From Guillardia theta CCMP2712 (Eukaryota > Protista > Cryptophyta), in contig NW_005434673.1 in the NCBI RefSeq assembly GCF_000315625.1, forward strand, positions 825,023 to 889,022: a DNA stretch of 64,000 nt, in the 5' to 3' direction. Positions 26,495 through 38,187 of the stretch are shown piece after piece. Under the pieces are notes generated by a model. It did not search any database and had not been told where the DNA came from. It saw only the letters and a program-made list of their open reading frames with translations. Position 1 is the first letter of the stretch. Each line of letters begins with the position of its first letter. The position numbers were made by a program, and so were the translations under genes.

Positions 26495-26938
26495 TTACGC
26501 TCCAGCACCTTCATGTACGATCGTCGTCTCCTCTTGCTCATGGGCGACCTCAACTTGTTCCTCATCCTTCACTTCAGCTGCCAATGTCGTAGCAGGAGTC
26601 TCCTCTTCCTGTACTTCTTCGACTACTTCCTCCTGCTCCTTGGACTCTTCTCCCTCCCCTTGACTACCAGTGGCTGGCGCAGCCTCGGACTTCAACTGAG
26701 GAATTCCATCCGTCACCTCCTTCACGAACGTCGAAGGAAACCAGCCGCTTACGCCGGTGCTCGCACATCCTTCCCACCAGCCGGAAGGATGTTTCCTGAG
26801 GATGGAGATGACCTCCTTCTCCCTGATCGACATCTCATGCTCCGCCTGCGCGTTGTAGTCGAAGAGAGCAACGCAGGTCCCCACGCTCGCCATGTTCGAC
26901 CGGCTGAGTCTCTCCCCGTCACTCGTCGGGGCTTCGAC

Positions 26939-26973
<35 letters not shown>

Positions 26974-29900
26974 GCTGCTGCTGCTGCTGCTGCCGCTGCT
27001 GCTGCTGCTGCTGCTGGAGGGCTTGCCGCTCCTGCTCCTTCCTCTCAACATCTCTCTGCTCTTCGAGCTTTCTGAGTCGCTTCCTCTCCTCTCGCTCCAT
27101 CAGAATCTTTTTGGCAAGCAGCGCCTTTTCCGAGGACTTGCTTGGCTTTTGTTCTGGTGCAACCTTCTTCTCTGCTTCCTTGGCTTCTTCTTTCCTCCCG
27201 GACTTTTCAGCTGCGATGAGCTGACAGAACTTCTTGTGCTGAACTGGAGGAAGTTGAAGCTGAGAGACCTAGGGGAGAGAATGGGAATCAAGGAACCAAC
27301 AAAAAGGCTCATAACGAGAAAAAAGATGGAAGAGGAGACAAGGGGGGGGGGGGGGGGGAAAAAAAAAAAAAGGGTTTCTGGGGATAGACTGTAAAATAGA
27401 ATTTTCGGAAGAAAGAAAAAAAATATGAAGAATAAGGGGGGGGGGTCTGTAAAATGGACAAAAAAAAAGAGGGGCCCTGGGTGGTNNNNNNNNNNNNNNN
27501 NNNNNNNNNNNNNNNNNNNNNNNNNNNNNNNNNNNNNNNNNNNNNNNNNNNNNNNNNNNNNNNNNNNNNNNNNNNNNNNNNNNNNGGAGTAATGCACGTG
27601 CAATTCACAGCCAGATAGCACCCTTGATTCCGCAGAATTATACCCAAGCTCCTCTTGTGTTCGATTCTGTATCAGGCAGTTCTAACCAGAATGAGCATAT
27701 GGATCTCGTAACGGAGTGGTCACCTGTCCCTCCCTGTCTCAGCACTGTGGAAGGATAAAGGCAGAGAGAGGCCATGGCAGATAAACATACAAGCAGCGGA
27801 TAACGGATACTTCCCCAGGTATGGGTCAGATTAACAAGACAAAGCAATCATTGTATCTTCCAAGTTTTTAATCACCAGAAGGCCAACCATTCAGGTGACC
27901 ATCAATGGACCCCCGCCCTGAAGTTTCTGGTATTCGGATCTCGGGGAGGAGGAAGAGGGGGGGGCAGGGGGGGAGGAGGATTGGGAGGAGGAGGAGGATT
28001 GGGAGGAGGAGGAGGATTGGGAGGAGGAGAAAGATTGGGAGAAGGAGGAGGATTGGGAGGAGGAGGAGGATGGGGACAGGGATGGGGATCGAAAAGGAGA
28101 TGGTTCGGAGCGCACAAGATTCTCATCGACGAACTCATACACGTCCTCGAGGCAAGTCACTCCAAGCTCGTTCACGAGACGCGGAAGCAGAGATTCGAGA
28201 TGGTGCTTCTTGAGGAAATCTGCAAACAGACTTATTTTATGGGATCAGAGGACCAAAAGCACCTCTCAGTGGCTGAACGTCAAGGTCCTCCAGGTGGTCA
28301 CCGGTGCTGCCAGTCGCTTCATCTTCCTTCCTCCCTCCCTGCTGCTGCTGACGATCTTCAAGCAGCTTCGCATCGTCAGATTCCTTCTCATGCCTCGACG
28401 ACAAGTTCAAGTTCTCTTGTTGCAACGAAGGAGCCGCAGAAGGAGGATGCTTGTCTTCTGCTGGCTTCTCTGGCTGCTCCTGCTCCTTGCTGTTGTCCTC
28501 ATTATTATGCTGATCGGAGAAGCTGCTCCACAGCCCGGAGACTCTCTCGCCCACCGACCCCATCAGCTTCGTTCTGCTCGAAGTCAGGTTCTGCACCAGC
28601 GCAGTGTTGAAGCGAGCGAGAGTGCGAGATCCCAACAGGGTCGGCTGCTGAGGACCAGGAGGGGCTTGCTGCTTCGGCCTTGGAGGAGAAGCTGCATTGG
28701 ACAGGAGAAGGTCCTTGATGAACTTGACCGAGCATGCTGGCGGCTGGCGCTTGATATTCACCCTCCTGGATGTGCCGTCCGCTCTCTTGACCGTCACCTG
28801 CCACTTGAGGTCTCAGCGTCAAGGCAGCAGGCGCATCCTCCAACCTCCACGTATGAGTCCTGCGGGCCGCACAAGAGTTTCTGGACTTCACGGTCGGACA
28901 AGTTGGAGAAGAGAAGCCCGTTGATGCTCTCGAGCTTCTCCCTCGGGTCCTGCACAGCAGCATCAGCAGGCGAAGCCGCAGCTAGAGGGTCAGACCGGAA
29001 GCCTCAAGTTGCTGATCTGCTTGTCATCGCTGCCTGGCGAACGTCCCTCCTCCTCCTGGGGCACCGGCATGAGCAGCTCTCGTCGCAACGCCACGTCGAA
29101 GGAGCTCTGCATGTAATCCTTGATGTTCCTGCCCCTCGTCATCTTGAGAACGACGATGCTGCCGGGCGGCCCGACTATCAAGGACTTTGCGCCTTCCAGC
29201 CTGTTCGACACAGCAGTGGCAACCTGGCCAAGTCCAGCTGAGGAAGGCGAGGGAACGAATGAGGCTCTTCACCTTATCCCCGGCATTCTTCACTGAGAGC
29301 AGCACATCTCCCGGGAATATCTTGTCGCTCTTGTCCGCCGCGCTCCCGGGCACCACGGATTCAACTTCGACGACCCTACCCAGCAGTCATGAGCCAGGTT
29401 CGAGGGAGCGGCAAGAAGGCAGAACCATCTCCTGTGAGTCCTGAAAGTCCCCTGGAGGTCCCGAGAGCTGCTGCGCAGAACGATCCCAACGCCGCAGGGA
29501 GGACCGTCGTATTCCTGCGACACCGTTGAGTTCCAACAGTGACCCTCGACCTGCTCACCTCTGTCTTGTCGACTGTGCGATTGCTCGACGTCACCGGGTG
29601 GCTTACACGGAAGTTGTATTCCTCCAGTTTGAACTCTCCCGACTCCTTCCATGACCATGATAGCATCAGAAACGAAAGTTCCCCATCCTCCAAGTTCCTC
29701 ACCATGCACTCGTTGTTCCTCCTCTGCACCTCGGAGGCGGTGTTGCTCCACATGACAGGCACCTCCGGGCCGTTGCTTTCATTAGCATGGAGCTCGGAAA
29801 CGTCTGCCTCAGTCTCCTCTTGTAGCAGATCGCTCTGCCCAAGGACTCCATGGTCCTGTTGAGATTGATTCCTTACCCCAATTCATCGTTGTTCAGGACC

Positions 29901-31260
29901 TCGCTCACCTCAAGATCCCTCAGGATGTCGTCGACTGTCATATTGGTGTCTTGGAGATTCGCTTCACCTGTTCAATGGATGTTAACACTGAGTCTGGCCA
30001 GTGGCACACGATAGCCAACCGACCTGCCATCGAGTCTTGCAGATATGACAGCATTCCGTTCACATCTGCAGTGAGCGTTCACATCTATAGTGATGCCTCG
30101 CAGCAATTGTGTGCATTTTCTGCAAGGGTTCATACCATGTCCTATGAGCAAGTGCGAGTAGTCAACAAGCTCCTGTTGATCACCTCCGAGGTTCTTTGAC
30201 GAAACTGACGAAACCATCATCAGACTTCCATGCACGATTGCGAGAGTTGCGCAAGATGTGGCTCGTACATTTTGTCGTGTTTGCAGCTTTGCTTACTGGA
30301 AAACACTCCTTTTCAGGATCGTGAACGATAGAGAGACTGTCTTACTTGACTTGGAGGGACTTTCTCTCTCGTCCTTGTCTACAGCTTCTAGCTCGATCTC
30401 GCCGTTCTTCTTGAGAAACTCAATCAGCGTCTGCTTGCCTTCCGTCGCTGCATCCTTCGGCGGTGACGAGGAAGTCTCTAAGTCAACGTTCACGGTTAAC
30501 GACTCTCATACCAAAGAGCCAGTGCGCAGACCTCCCTGCGCTTCCCGCGCCTCCGGAGTTTCCGCTTTCTTGCGGCGTGCAGCAAGTTTGGACTGAGCGA
30601 AGGAGTCAGCGACGTCTCTTCCCTCGGCGAACCAACACCTCCAGTTCCGCATCAAGCTTGTTTGATTGGCTTGCTGGGATGTTGGTCGAGGTCTTTGGCT
30701 TGTTATGATCACGTTTCTTCAAGGGAAGCTTTCCCTCCTCTCTCTGCTCATGTGCTGTCTCCACCGCTGTCTCTTTCGCCTCGGCATACATGGTCGTCTT
30801 GCCGGCTTCCACCTCAGGTTGCGCTTCTTGGGCTCTTTCGTGCTCGATCTCTGCCTCAGGCTCCTCCCTGACGTCCTGTGCAGAGGAAACATCCTCCCGC
30901 GTGTCATCGACCTCGTTCGCACAAGAGCTTTGATCGCCTGCAGTTTGAGCATTTTCTGCGACTCTGTCCTTGTCGGCAGCGTTCACAGCATGATTGTCCG
31001 GCTGTACATCTCCGGCAGATTCCGACGGCGGCGCGACATTTTCGTCAACAACCTCGGGCTGAGAGACTGGTTCGTTCTCAGAGGTGATCTGTTTGTCTAC
31101 CACCTTCTCAAGGGAGCTTTCAGCATGATCGGGCTCCTTGCTGACTTGATTCTCCTGGCCCGACTTCTCAACCTTCTTCTTCCGTCGTTCGATCTTCTTC
31201 TGCAATGCTGCTTGCATGCCTCCTGTGAACCGTCCTCGTCAGAGTACCGCAGGACCTCAT
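26495..31260 (-). CDS. Multi-domain scaffold: Glu-rich/coiled-coil, PDZ x2, SAM, polyQ, SH3, spliced across the N-gap
   Basis: PDZ motifs CGVGIVL, VVPGSAADKSDKIFPGDVLLSV, LIVGPPGSIVVLKMTR and LLCGPQDSYVEV. SAM split as FLKKHHLESLLPRLVNELGVTCLEDVYEFVDENL|VSQLQLPPVQHKKFCQLI. SH3 CVALFDYNAQAEHEMSIREKEVISILRKHPSGWWEG..SGWFPSTFV. Both ends approximate. Confidence 0.75.
26940..27016 (-). repeat. CAG trinucleotide repeat encoding polyglutamine
   Basis: (ctg)n on + strand with two ccg interruptions, translating QQQQQQQRQQQQQQRQQQQQQQQQQ. Confidence 0.95.
27486..27585. other. Assembly gap (100 N) with low-quality homopolymer-rich flank
   Basis: N run. Flank 27290-27485 has long G and A homopolymers typical of read ends. 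Confidence 0.99.
27970..28072 (+). repeat. Intronic 18-bp tandem repeat (ggaggaggattgggagga) about x5
   Basis: Directly visible, inside the SAM-splitting intron. Confidence 0.85.
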
Positions 31261-31757
31261 TCGTTCTTTCCCTCCCAATCCCGCCAATCCCCTTCCAACC
31301 TTCACCCATTCGAACAGCAGCTCTCTCTCACTTCCTCACTGCCTTTCTTGCCCCTCCTCCTCCTCTCCTCTCTCCTCTCCCTCCTCTCAATCAATCTGCT
31401 CCCTCTTCTCCCGCCCTCCTCTCCCTCGTCTACGTCCCTCTTCTTCCTCCTCTCCCTCCTTTCCCTCCCTCGCTTCCTCCTCTTAGGCCAACACCGCCAT
31501 CGGCTCTTCGGACAAACTCCATACGCCTACAGTACTGACTACCCGTCAATTGACCACCCTTGATTACGATCTGAGCATATGGTAGAGAGGAGGGGTTAGA
31601 TTTAGCTTGAAAGATACCTGAAGGTACGGGTCACTTCAATACCCCTACCTACAATTTCATACTACCCCTACCATACAGCATATAACAAATCTTCCCGGCG
31701 GCTAGCTTGTTGGCCTGGATCTCACTACTTCCATGATTTATTACTGCCGGCAAGTCA

Positions 31758-31816
31758 GGCCCCGGCCCGGCCCGGCCCGGCCCGGCCCGGCCCGGCCCGG
31801 CCCGGCCCGGCCCGGG
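31758..31816. repeat. (GGCCC)n microsatellite in a divergent promoter
   Basis: About 11 GGCCC units between the scaffold gene (-) and NIT2 (+). TTTGAA follows at 31855. Confidence 0.9.
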
Positions 31817-32241
31817 CGGCAAGGCGCCGAAAAAATGCAATAGCTGATTGAGAATTTGAAACTACTGCGGCAGAGGCCTCTATTATGGCTGCCAGGGGGC
31901 TGTGAACGCGGCGGCATGCGCACGACCCTCGCAAGATCTTGCTTCCTCCCTCCTCCTGCCTTCATCAGACCCTCTGCATCACTGCTTCTCAGCGCTCCTA
32001 CGATCCATCGGTCACAACCTCTGGTCAGGCAATCGTCTTGCTCCTTCCTTCCCTCCCTCTCCTCGGGGCGAACTCTAGCCTCCCCGCCTGGCCCTCGCCC
32101 TTCTTCAAGTCCTCCTGGACCTCACGCTCCCACAAAAGCATCACACGCGTAAATTCGCTTTGAGGTGTCCGAATGATCTGCGTGCTCCCTGAGAAGAAAT
32201 GAACCTGACTCCTTTGTTGCAGGACTGCTGGCAAGTACGGA

Positions 32242-33826
32242 ATGGCGATGGAGCTCCAAACTACACTGAAGATTGCGTGAGTATTGATCTTGGGGAGCCT
32301 GTCCATCCATATCTTGTGATCAAGCTTCTTCTTGTAGTTGTCTGCAGCTTGCATGCGGTACAAACAAGAAGGCCAACATTGAGAATGCTGCGGCAAAGAT
32401 CGCTGCTGCTTCAAAGCAAGGTGCAGAGATCATCGTGCTTCCGGTAGGCGCACTTAGAACGATCTGGTCGACAAGTTGTCACTGTTGCATCTCAGGAGTG
32501 TTTCAACTCTCCGTATGGAACGAAATATTTCCCGGAATATGCAGAGAATGTCATTGAAGGTGGTGTCGCAGTCGCTGGAGCCTTTGGGAGACGACTCACA
32601 TGAGATGTTCTAGGTCAGTCAGAAACTGCTCTTATGCTATCAACAGCTGCTCGAGACAATAAGGTGTGTGTTTTGGTTGAGGTCGGCAAAGGGCAACGTG
32701 ACCGTCGTCGATAGGTCTTCATCGTCGGAGGATCTTTCCCGGAAAAGGAGGGCGAGAAGATATACAACAGGTTGTCTTTGTCTTTGTCGACAACAAACAG
32801 CACGTGTATCTCACTTTCTGAATGATTGAAAACAGTTGCTACATCTTCAACCGCGACGGCGATATGGTTGCAAGGCATCGCAAAGTAGTTTCCCCCTTGG
32901 ACATGATGTGGCTCTGTTGAGTTCGTATGACTCAGGTGCATCTCTTCGACATCGACATTCCTGGCAAGATAACTTTCAAGGAGTCTGACACCCTCTCGCC
33001 TGGAGATTGTCCTACCATTGTAGATCTCTCTGAACATGGTGAGTCTCCCCTAGCTCCTACAATTCTTTGATTTCCCATGGTTCTGTGCTGTATTAGGCGG
33101 GCCACCAGTTCGCATGGGAATCGGTAGGAGTAATTTCTTTCCTATCGATTTCTTTTGATGTAACGAGACAGGAATTTGTTATGACATTCGCTTTCCTGAG
33201 CTTGCTCTGCTATATCGGCATCTCGGTCAGGTGCTCTCTGACACACTCTGCCGTCTGAGCACTTGTTCGTCTCCAGGTTGTAGCATGCTCGTTTACCCAG
33301 GAGCATTCAACATGGTCACTGGACCCGCTCACTGGGAGCTGCTTCTGAGGGCTCGCGCTGTGGATACCCAGGTGAAGAAAGTAAGGAAGATGTCTGTCGT
33401 GAACCGAGCCATGTGCTGCAGTCTTTCGGGATTGTTTGTTCCCCAGCAAGGGACGAGTCTGCAGACTACATCGCCTGGGGACACTCGATGATTGTCGACC
33501 CATGGGGGGAAAAGGTCTTCTTCCCCTCCAGACTTTGTTCAGTGGGGTAATCCGAATGGCCAGCTCGGTGAACTGCAGGAGAAAGAAGACATCTTGATGG
33601 TAGACTTGGATCTTACGCAGGTTGATTGGGAGGGGACCATGTTGTTGCTGCGAACGTAAAGCTTGCCAAGGTGGTTTCTCGCCGCCAGAACATGCCATAT
33701 TGGTTGCAGAGGCGACAGGATATCTACAAGGTGACAAGTGCAGCTGAAGGAGGATTGATGATGATGCTTTCGCTTCAGTTGTCTTCTCCGTTTATGCCGG
33801 AAAAGAAGCCAAGCCCGGACAAGTGA
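32242..33826 (+). CDS. NIT2: Omega-amidase NIT2 (carbon-nitrogen hydrolase), multi-exon
   Basis: Spliced exons give GAEIIVLP|[21 protein letters not shown]|[65 protein letters not shown] and RRQDIY. Confidence 0.93.
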
Positions 33827-33929
33827 GCGAGTCAGGATCACAGTTGGGGATCTTCGATTTATTGATATCATCCACTGGCTCTTGAGCAAAATCTACATAA
33901 GAAAAACGAGCAACTTCCTCCATCAGACT

Positions 33930-34258
33930 CCAGGCTGCGCAGCAGCATGCCCTCCGGACCAGCGCAGCGAATGACGAGGCTGACTCATATGGTCTCCAGC
34001 TTGAAGTTGGAAGGAAGGGAGATAAACTTGTCCTGCTCCACTCTGGCATGGGCTGCCGCTTCTTCCGCGGTCCATGGATGTTGGAGGAGGTCGTCATCGT
34101 CCGAGGGGCAAGAAGCCGTGCTGAGACCGTCTGCTGACTTGAGAGACGCAGAGCTGGGGGTGTTGGGCCTTCCTTGAGGGAAGAGAACTTGCTGCCAGCT
34201 GAGAGCGTCATGGAGGTCGTCAAAGGGGACGGAGATCGGCGGCGAGATGATGGGGCAT
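33930..34258 (-). pseudogene. Small LSWQHVLFP-family gene, MPHHL subtype, pseudogene
   Basis: Inverted copy of 39183-39572 with a 5-bp net deletion near the ATG, a CGA>TGA stop at 33985 and a 3' truncation. Confidence 0.8.
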
Positions 34259-34459
34259 GGCGGCAAGGAGCGAAGGAATGAGAAGTGAGGGGGATGCTAG
34301 AAAGGTGGACCGGGGCGGGGCTGGGGAGAGAGATAGGGGTGGGGGTCACCGGGTGGGGTGGGTTGAAGGGGAGGGCATGAAGATTGGCAGGTTACCAAGA
34401 GGTCCGCGTATTGTAGCATCGAGCCTTACAGTGTGCTCCTGACCCCTTCCTCCTCCTCC

Positions 34460-34625
34460 ATGTCTGCACTCTCTCGCCCCTCCGCCGGCATTCCACAACA
34501 AGACCTCGTCTCCGATCCTGTCCCTGAGCAAGATATCGTCGACAGCCTCTCTTGGCAGCACGTCCTCTTCCCTGATGGACACCTCGCATCCCGGGCCTCC
34601 AGCTTCGCGTCACCAGGAGTTTCCG
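34460..34625 (+). pseudogene. Truncated LSWQHVLFP-family gene, MSALS subtype fragment
   Basis: Matches the first 51 codons of 37021-36542 in inverted orientation, then breaks off. Confidence 0.75.
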
Positions 34626-34747
34626 GAACTCATGGGCGCCTGCGGGCGGCCCATCGGGAAGAGCGCGGCCTCCCACGCCAGGGCCTCCTCGGGCTCCTGG
34701 CTGCCTTCCATCTTGAGCTCCAGTGCGATCTCAGTCTCGAGTGCCAT
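34609..34747 (-). pseudogene. Truncated LAWEAALFP (MALET subtype) fragment
   Basis: MALETEIALELKMEGSQEPEEALAWEAALFPMGRPQA followed by a premature end. Confidence 0.75.
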
Positions 34748-35024
34748 CGTGCGGGCTGAGATCAAGTAAACACCATTACATCTTAGCAAAGCACCTTTCG
34801 ATTCATGGATGTACTTCCAACGTCCAAAGAGACAAAACGATTTTTATCACCAGATTCGATCCTACCTTCATCCCCACTGCTCAGGATGCTGAGGACATGA
34901 TTGCGGAGTTCTACCGAAGTTCTATTGAATTACCACGTAATGTCCCAAGGCCAGACCAAGGCAGCTCAGACACAGCACACAGACAAACGATCACCATTTG
35001 ATGCAACAAACAATCATCTCATCA

Positions 35025-35339
35025 ATGGGTTTCATCAATCAGCCCCTCCCCGATCAAGACCTTGCTGATAGTCTCTCCTGGCAACACGTTCTCTTCCCCG
35101 CCCCAGGGCTCGTATCCCCCTCTCCAAGCTGCTCATCGCTCAAGTCGTTGGTCGCTAGCTCCTTGGACGAGGACGAGATCGCCGACGAGGGGAGTGAGGC
35201 TGACGGAAGCGAGAGAGGAGCGATGGCTAGGAGCACAAGAGCAAAGGTCGGCGAGCCGAGTACACCAACAGCAATATCTCATCACGTTGCACAAGAAAAT
35301 GTCAACTTGATGGGAGCAAAGTGTCAATCATTACTTTAA
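35025..35339 (+). pseudogene. Truncated LSWQHVLFP-family gene, fragment of the 37396 subtype
   Basis: 35036-35246 nearly identical to 37429-37639. Lacks the C-terminal ISLP and MLL boxes. Confidence 0.7.
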
Positions 35340-35405
35340 TTATTTTACAGAAGCAAGCCTTAAGGTATTCTTGATGTTTGATTATATATCTCTTGAAACA
35401 GCCAT

Positions 35406-35894
35406 TTACGCGTTAACTCCGACATCATTGAGATCCAAACCCTGTCGTTTTACCATGGCATGTTCTAGTGCTCTTAGGAGCATTCCCTGCTCTCCTTCAA
35501 CTTTGATCGCATATCTTGGTCTACGTTTTTCGAATTTGAAGTTCCTTGGAAGTGAGATGTACTTTTTCAGAGGCCCCTGTACTAGCCCATCCTGGCAGTC
35601 ATGCATGTAACCTGCCCGACTGCACGAAACCATGCAGCTATCTCTGACTCCATGATTACGAGCCGCTCCTTGTTCTTCACACTTGCTAGTCTCAGAGAAC
35701 TCCTGGTGCTCGTGATCGGCTTCCTCTTCCTCCGAGCTGCTCTCCACCAACGACTTGAGCGACCCGAAGCTGGAGGCCCGGGATGCGAGGTGTCCATCAG
35801 GGAAGAGGACGTGCTGCCAAGAGAGGCTGTCGGCGATATCTTGCTCAGGAACAGGATCGGTAGCGATATCGCTGGAGGTTCCGGAATGTGCCAT
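35406..35894 (-). CDS. Small intronless LSWQHVLFP-family protein (162 aa, MAHSG subtype)
   Basis: DSLSWQHVLFPDG, acidic linker, YISLPRNFKFE, GEQGMLLRALEHAM. Confidence 0.75.
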   Translation of the reverse strand: MAHSGTSSDIATDPVPEQDIADSLSWQHVLFPDGHLASRASSFGSLKSLVESSSEEEEADHEHQEFSETSKCEEQGAARNHGVRDSCMVSCSRAGYMHDCQDGLVQGPLKKYISLPRNFKFEKRRPRYAIKVEGEQGMLLRALEHAMVKRQGLDLNDVGVNA

Positions 35895-36541
35895 GGGTGG
35901 TTGACTGGAGGTGCTGGCCAAGCTCACGAGGAGGGGAGAAATAACGAGGAATTGGGGGAAGGGAATGGGGCGGAACGAAATGATTATATGAAAAATCACA
36001 TCCTTTGAAATTTGGTGGAGTCCGTGAACAGGCATAATACTGCGTTTGAAGGTATGGGGCCCATAAATAAATTCTGGATTCTTCTTCCCGCAATAAATCT
36101 TCCAAAATATTTCTTTTCAGATCTGAGCGCGTTTTTGTCGCATGACAGGCACTACTGGTCACGGAATTTTTTTGCAGTGACTCAGCGGGTTAAGAAGTCG
36201 GAATGATTTTGCTGTCCCTGGAATATCGTATATAACACTTGAGGTGGGCCTGTCTGTCCTCCTGCCTGCCTGTCGGACGAGCTCGCACGAATGGACTTTG
36301 AGTAAAGATCTGGTTGATCATGATGATTTACTAGTGAGTTCCATATTGTAGCAAAACGATTTTGAATGATTTATCTGAAGGAACGTAAAGCTAGCCAAAC
36401 CTTCTGGCAATCAAACGCAGAAAAATGGCGATGCAATGCCGCACACAGCTTGAGTTTCCTCAGAAGCATTCATTACTTCAAGTAATCTTAGTTTTGTCAT
36501 TTACAAAATCAACAAAGATGAACAAATATAGAGTCCATTTT

Positions 36542-37021
36542 TCACTCGTTCTTCAAGATAACGCCTCTTTTCTTCATGGCATCCCTCAGACTCCCCAGCA
36601 GCATCCCCTCCTTCCCTTCAGCCTTCACCACCTGGCTTCGTCGCCTTCCTTCCAACCTCACTTCCCTCGGAAGCGATATCCAGATCTCCTCGCCCCGGGC
36701 AGAGATCTCTGTCGTGCTGTCATCACAGCTGATGTCCAACATCGATTGTCCTCCTGCTCCTCTCGGGCCGCGGGATCCTCCACCCTCCGCCGCCCCTTCA
36801 TCAGCCAGATCGTCTTGACCTTGATAATCCTCCTCTTCCTCCGAGCTGCTCTCCACCAACGACTTGAGCGATGCGAAGCTGGAGGCCCGGGATGCGAGGT
36901 GTCCATCAGGGAAGAGGACGTGCTGCCAAGAGAGGCTGTCGACGATATCTTGCTCAGGAACAGGATCGGAGACGAGGTCTTGTTGTGGAATGCCGGCGGA
37001 GGGGCGAGAGAGTGCAGACAT
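36542..37021 (-). CDS. Small intronless LSWQHVLFP-family protein (159 aa, MSALS subtype)
   Basis: DSLSWQHVLFPDG, WISLPREVRLE, GKEGMLLGSLRDAM. TATAA-like motif about 45 bp upstream. Confidence 0.75.
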   Translation of the reverse strand: MSALSRPSAGIPQQDLVSDPVPEQDIVDSLSWQHVLFPDGHLASRASSFASLKSLVESSSEEEEDYQGQDDLADEGAAEGGGSRGPRGAGGQSMLDISCDDSTTEISARGEEIWISLPREVRLEGRRRSQVVKAEGKEGMLLGSLRDAMKKRGVILKNE

Positions 37022-37395
37022 GGAGGAGGAGGAAGGGGTCAGGAGCACACTGTAAGGCTCGATGTTATAGCGGGGCACGAGGGGGACAGGGGAACTGAGA
37101 TGACATCTAGACTGTTCGAATTCCCTTATTTCTCAACGTTTCGGATCTGCAAATGCGGTGACTCGTGACTTGGGGGAGAAAACTGGTCGCAAAGGAGACG
37201 GAATTCTCTTACGCGATATAATGACTGGCTTCGGCTAGCGGGACCGATTCAGTTGCAAGTATCGAGAATCTTCCATGTATCTCAACAAACAGATACGTAT
37301 CGTGGTAACCTGACCAGGATGCTGTTGATGTTCCCATATCAACAGATCCTCCCCAATCAATACGACAGCGACACTTTTCGAAAGACCTGGTCGCA

Positions 37396-37911
37396 ATGTC
37401 TTCCAACATGGTGGAAGCAGAGCTTCTGAATCAGCCCCTCCCCGATCAAGACCTTGCTGATAGTCTCTCCTGGCAACACGTTCTCTTCCCCGCCCCAGGG
37501 CTCGTATCCCCCTCTCCAAGCTGCTCATCGCTCAAGTCGTTGGTCGCTGGCTCCTTGGACGAGGACGAGATCGCCGACGAGGGGAGTGAGGCTGACGGAA
37601 GCGAGAGAGGAGCGGTGGCTAGGAGCACAAGAGCAAAGTCGAGTACACCTGCAGCAGGAATGGTTGACCTGGGCCTGGGGGGAGCACTAGATGATGAGCG
37701 TCCAGAGCTAGGAATAAGATGGATCTCCCCCCCAAGACATGTAAGATGGATCTCCCTCCCAAGACAGCCGAGGCTCAGAGCAGATGACGTCAGCAAGCAG
37801 TGGATGCTTCTCCAAAGCCTCCATCAGGCAATCGAAAAGTATCTCGCAAGAAGTGGCGCAGGTGAAGCGCCCAACTTACGGGTCAATAGCTCCATACTGC
37901 CACGTCCATGA
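37396..37911 (+). CDS. Small intronless LSWQHVLFP-family protein (171 aa, MSSNM subtype)
   Basis: DSLSWQHVLFP, duplicated RWIS(P/L)P box, WMLLQSLHQAI. Confidence 0.72.
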   Translation: MSSNMVEAELLNQPLPDQDLADSLSWQHVLFPAPGLVSPSPSCSSLKSLVAGSLDEDEIADEGSEADGSERGAVARSTRAKSSTPAAGMVDLGLGGALDDERPELGIRWISPPRHVRWISLPRQPRLRADDVSKQWMLLQSLHQAIEKYLARSGAGEAPNLRVNSSILPRP

Positions 37912-38187
37912 ATGATTCCTGAGTCACCAGCCAGCCCATGCTGCAAGGGACCTTTTCCAGTTTTGTCCCGTGTTACCTTTGCCGGATAACTGGGAAGAAG
38001 TTTTGGGCATTTTAATGCTATTTGAAATGAATTCAACATCTTTTTTAAGGAGTCGAACCCATCGAGCGGAGTGCTCGCATGTGTATACCATGTTCAATCA
38101 CACGGCATGCTCTACTCGCTGGATACTTCATGAGCATACTCTTTGCAGCGGGCGCGTTGCGAACACAACCAGGTCATGCTAGACAAT

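Noticed and set aside
27290-27485. Homopolymer-rich tract next to the gap
   Set aside because: Typical low-quality read end, not interpretable biologically.
26513-29241. 293-aa and 343-aa plus-strand ORFs with poly-Leu tracts
   Set aside because: Antisense to the PDZ/SAM/SH3 gene. The poly-Leu and poly-Cys tracts are alternative frames of the CAG repeat.
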